From contig OZ024751.1 in NCBI GenBank assembly GCA_964016885.1, positions 19,406,001-19,470,000 of the forward strand: 64,000 bases of DNA. The letters run 5' to 3'. This document shows positions 59,712-64,000 of the stretch, one piece after another (the first letter of the stretch is position 1; every line of letters starts with the position of its first letter). Under the pieces are notes generated by a model. It saw only the letters and a list, made by a program, of their open reading frames with translations, had not been told where the DNA came from and did not search any database. The stretch comes from Eledone cirrhosa (Eukaryota). A program made the translations under genes and the position numbers.

Positions 59712-60123
59712 TTCCACCGTCTAAAATAATAAAACACATTGGACAATGTAGTCAGGACGGTGTCCGTGCATGGTAAGGTCTGCGTGATAAGAGCTGAACT
59801 TATGATTAAGCAATAAACACACAACGGCCGATGCTTGCAATCGAGTATGACTTGGTAACATGTACCCTCCCACGAGCCGGCGGGACGGCCGGGATGTAAC
59901 AGCTTGAAAACAAAAGACAGCATTGGACAGGGTGGAAATTTAACGACCTCTTCTGAACAGATGAAAAGCAAAGTTAACGTCGGCGGGATTTGAACTTAGA
60001 GGGCAGAGATCTGGAACAAATACCGCAAGGCATATGTACTGACAGTTACCACCTTGTCAGTGTGTCGCCAGAAGTGCATGGGGAGAGAGGAGGGGTGAGA
60101 AAGGTAGAGAGGTAAACGGGGGC

Positions 60124-60171
<48 letters not shown>

Positions 60172-60776
60172 AGAGAAAGAGAGAAAAGATAAAGAGAGAA
60201 AAGAGAAAAAAGACAGAAAAAAAGAGAAAGATAGAGAGAAAGAGAAAGAAAGAGAGAAAGAAAGAGAGAAAGAAAGAGAGAAAGAGAAAGATAGAAAGAG
60301 AAAGATAGAGAGAAAGAGAAAGAGAATAAGAAAGATAGAGAAAGAGAGAAAGATAGAGAGAAAGATAGAGAGAAAGATAGAGAGAAAGATAGAGAGAAAG
60401 ATAGAGAGAAAGATAGAGAGAAAGATAGAGAGAAAGATAGAGAGAAAGATAGAGAGAAAGAAAAATGGCAGAGAGAGAAAGAAAAATGGCAGAGAGAGGT
60501 AGAAAGAGATATAAAGACGTCTTTACAAATACACTGATATCCTACTTACTATATAAGGGGAGGTAATGAGAAAGACTGGCGTTAGGTAAACAAGTAAATC
60601 TCTTCGCTCTTCTAATGAGAGTGTGGAGTTAATCCTCCGTTAGAAACACTACGGTGAGCTGTCTATAATAAGCTGCAGTGTTGTTTAAATACAGCCTAGC
60701 TACTAGCTTTATGATGCTAATTGGTCTACACATGATTAACATCCACAGACTACGTTAAACAAACACTATACACACT

Positions 60777-60821
<45 letters not shown>

Positions 60822-60934
60822 AGACACAGGCAGACAGATATATATACATACACATTACAAAGATGTCCCTGTTTGAATGTGTGTACTTTAATATTTCAAC
60901 AATGTGTGTCTACAATAATTGTATGCATGAACTG

Positions 60935-61026
<92 letters not shown>

Positions 61027-61363
61027 ATGTGCAGGTAAAACAAAAACGAGCAATCAGCACTTAATATGTGTGTGTGTGTGTGCGTGCGTGTACACACTCG
61101 TTAGGTAAACAACATGAGGAAAAACTAAGTCTTAACTCTAGTTTCAGTACGTTTATACATGTGCGTGTGTGCATCTGTGTGTGTGAGAGAGTGTGTGTGT
61201 GTGTGTGAATGTGTGTGTGTGTATGCACGTTCCATGGAAGTTTGTTGGTGCGACTTCCGTATCCACCGTCAGGAATAAGGAAGAGTAGGTATTATGTCAT
61301 GGCAGACTATTAGTTACACGTGACTGAACATTGTGGCTGAGATGGATACATTTGTGTGTGTAC

Positions 61364-61428
61364 AGTGAGAGAGAGAGTGAGAGAGAGTGAGAGAGAGTGA
61401 GAGAGAGTGAGAGAGAGTGAGAGTGAGA

Positions 61429-61518
<90 letters not shown>

Positions 61519-62010
61519 GTGAGTGAGTGAGTGAGTGAGTGAGTGAGTGAGTGAGTGAGTGAGTGAGTGAGTGAGTGAGTGAGTGAGTGAGTGAGTGAGT
61601 GAGTGAGTGAGTGAGTGAGTGAGTGAGTGAGTGAGTGAGTGAGTGAGTGAGTGAGTGAGTGAGTGAGTGAGTGAGTGAGTGAGTGAGTGAGTGAGTGAGT
61701 GAGTGAGTGAGTGAGTGAGTGAGTGAGTGAGTGAGTGAGTGAGTGAGTGAGTGAGTGAGTGAGTGAGTGAGTGAGTGAGTGAGTGAGTGAGTGAGTGAGT
61801 GAGTGAGTGAGTGAGTGAGTGAGTGAGTGAGTGAGTGAGTGAGTGAGTGAGTGAGTGAGTGAGTGAGTGAGTGAGTGAGTGAGTGAGTGAGTGAGTGAGT
61901 GAGTGAGTGAGTGAGTGAGTGAGTGAGTGAGTGAGTGAGTGAGTGAGTGAGTGAGTGAGTGAGTGAGTGAGTGAGTGAGTGAGTGAGTGAGTGAGTGAGT
62001 GAGTGAGTGA

Positions 62011-62012
<2 letters not shown>
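61364..62012. repeat. (GA)n followed by about 500 bp of pure (GAGT)n
   Basis: Uninterrupted GAGT from about 61513 to 62012. Confidence 0.97.
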
Positions 62013-62044
<32 letters not shown>

Positions 62045-62302
62045 AGTTTCGAAAATATACTAACGGAAAGTTAAATCAATTGGATAAATTCTTAGAAAAT
62101 GTAGAGATCTCCATTAGCGTAGAAAACTGGGTAAAATACCACTATTGACCTAAAAAGGTGGGTTCCATCCGCTACGAAGAATCGAACGCCGAACCTCTCA
62201 AATTCTACCTTTTATTTATAGCAATCGACTGTGGTTGTAGTTATTTTCTATGTCTGAGATTTCTACATTTTCTAAGAATGTGTACGTGTGTGTCTTTGTA
62301 TG

Positions 62303-62334
<32 letters not shown>

Positions 62335-62338
<4 letters not shown>

Positions 62339-62468
62339 AAAAAGCCGTCGAAACGGCTTGAGCTCTGCCGTCGGGCTCATACTTTTTCCTATTACCCCCT
62401 CTACTACCCTAAGTATTGAGTACTCTGGTGCGTTATGGTCCATCTGGTTCCTTACCACAATTCCTTCG

Positions 62469-62472
<4 letters not shown>
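62335..62472 (+). mobile_element. Family C element with a very short inverted arm
   Basis: Same body and tail; only TAGGAAAAAG is inverted; (TA)n flanks. Confidence 0.72.
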
Positions 62473-62506
<34 letters not shown>

Positions 62507-62579
62507 ATAATAATAAATTAGAAGACTAAAATCCAAAGAGCGATTCTTTGCTTAAACTTTAATCTGTTATTTTAATAAA

Positions 62580-62618
<39 letters not shown>

Positions 62619-62648
62619 AGATCAAAAGATGGTTAAAGGAGTTCCATG

Positions 62649-62719
62649 TATTTTATTATGCGCATTTCAAAAACAAACATCATCATGCAATAATATTTGT
62701 GTTTTCATCAGATAAAACA
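62649..62719 (-). ncRNA. Type-I hammerhead motif (family B), left arm of a 335-bp palindrome
   Basis: Reverse complement of the 62838-62908 motif; intact CTGATGA and GAAA. Confidence 0.8.
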
Positions 62720-62837
62720 GGAGAACATGATATGGAGGCTAAAAAACACTTGTGGATAGTGCAGTTTTAAATCAACATATGTTGATTTAAAACTGCACTA
62801 TCCACAAGTGTTTTTTAGCCTCCATATCATGTTCTCC

Positions 62838-62908
62838 TGTTTTATCTGATGAAAACACAAATATTATTGCATGATGATGTTTGTTTTTGAAATGCGCATA
62901 ATAAAATA
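62838..62908 (+). ncRNA. Type-I hammerhead motif (family B), right arm
   Basis: TGTTTTAT CTGATGA AAACACAAATATT...GATGTTTGTTTTT GAA ATGCGCAT A ATAAAATA. Confidence 0.82.
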
Positions 62909-63031
62909 CATGAACTCCTTTAACCATCTTTTGATCTTATATTATGCATACTCCAGTCCTACAAACTGTAGAGTGCTTCTTATCCGATATCTGCATTGCT
63001 TTATTGTACTACAATAAAACTCACCTCCTAC

Positions 63032-63072
<41 letters not shown>

Positions 63073-63077
63073 TTTTT

Positions 63078-63317
63078 AACTAATATACCACCATTGTATT
63101 GTTCTTCTGCGTTGTTGGCATACATTTATTTATACACACACATACATACATACATACAAAAATATGGATTGAAGGAGACGAGGCTGTGTGTTAACTGACG
63201 AAGGGAAACAGTCCATCTCTTGCTTGTGTCGCAATCCATGTTTTTGTATGTATGTGTGTGTATAAATATATATATGCCAACAACGCAGAAGAACAATACA
63301 ATGGTGGTATATTAGTT
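63078..63317. mobile_element. Inverted-repeat element (arms about 90 bp), either a MITE or a PLE-type fold-back
   Basis: AACTAATATACCACCATTGTATTGTTCTTCTGCGTTGTTGGCATA... is mirrored at 63232-63317; the spacer contains CTGACGAAGGGAAACAGTC. Confidence 0.65.
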
Positions 63318-63819
63318 TTAAAAGGAGTCTTAACGTATCGGATATTGTCCTTCATTAGAAGAGAGAAAGTGAGAGAAGAAAAGATGTTTAAAGGGGAAAA
63401 GAGAGACATAGTGTACACTCACATTTACCTACACACGCGCGTGCACATACAGAATGACATATATACATACATACATACATACATACATACCTTCACACAC
63501 AGGCCTTTATGCTCATATCTAGAAAGACACACACAAAGATATACAGTACATGCAACCATACATGCCTAGAAGCAGAGAAACAAATATATACTCACATTTG
63601 CATACCTACACACACACACACACATATATATATATACATATATCAACTAGAAACAGATTGACACATATATATATAATAAGCATATGGAACAATCACAGGG
63701 AATAATTTGTAAAGAATGTAAGCACACATAGCTAGGTAGGTAGACAACCCTTAATTTATATACATATACAAATATACATACATACACATGTATACACACA
63801 GAGAGAGAAAACGACAGAG

Positions 63820-63855
<36 letters not shown>

Positions 63856-64000
63856 CAGTACATTAATTTTAAAAGGCCCGGTGTAATACATTAGTGAAGG
63901 TCAAGGTGTAAAAGAGATAGAAGGGGGGGGGACACAGAGAGACAGAGAGACAGAGAGAGAGAGAGAGTGAGGTAGTGATAGGGAGAGTGAGGGGATTTGG

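Noticed and set aside
59657-59971. 104-aa non-repetitive ORF as a candidate upstream exon
   Set aside because: No recognisable similarity to SCAPER or any domain, and both ends overlap SINE fragments.

Overview
AT-rich, microsatellite-saturated animal genomic DNA. The SINE families and repeat load suggest an octopod or other coleoid cephalopod (inference, not verified). Almost all ORFs in the supplied track are simple-repeat artefacts. Two real phase-0 coding exons of SCAPER lie on the minus strand (42768-42917 and 21659-21850), separated by a 20.9-kb intron, and I found no other host exons. The rest is tRNA-derived SINEs (about 25 copies, including a head-to-tail array of about 6), R4/Dong-type and RTE-type LINE fragments, a hAT-like MITE, and mini/microsatellites. 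The standout signal is a dense set of about 20 type-I hammerhead-ribozyme (HHR) motifs from roughly 10 sequence families. Most sit in short non-coding fold-back elements next to (TA)n tracts, several carry a ribozyme on each strand, and several are sense to SCAPER. They match the minimal HHRs of Penelope-like retroelement pseudo-LTRs. All structures were folded by eye and activity is untested.
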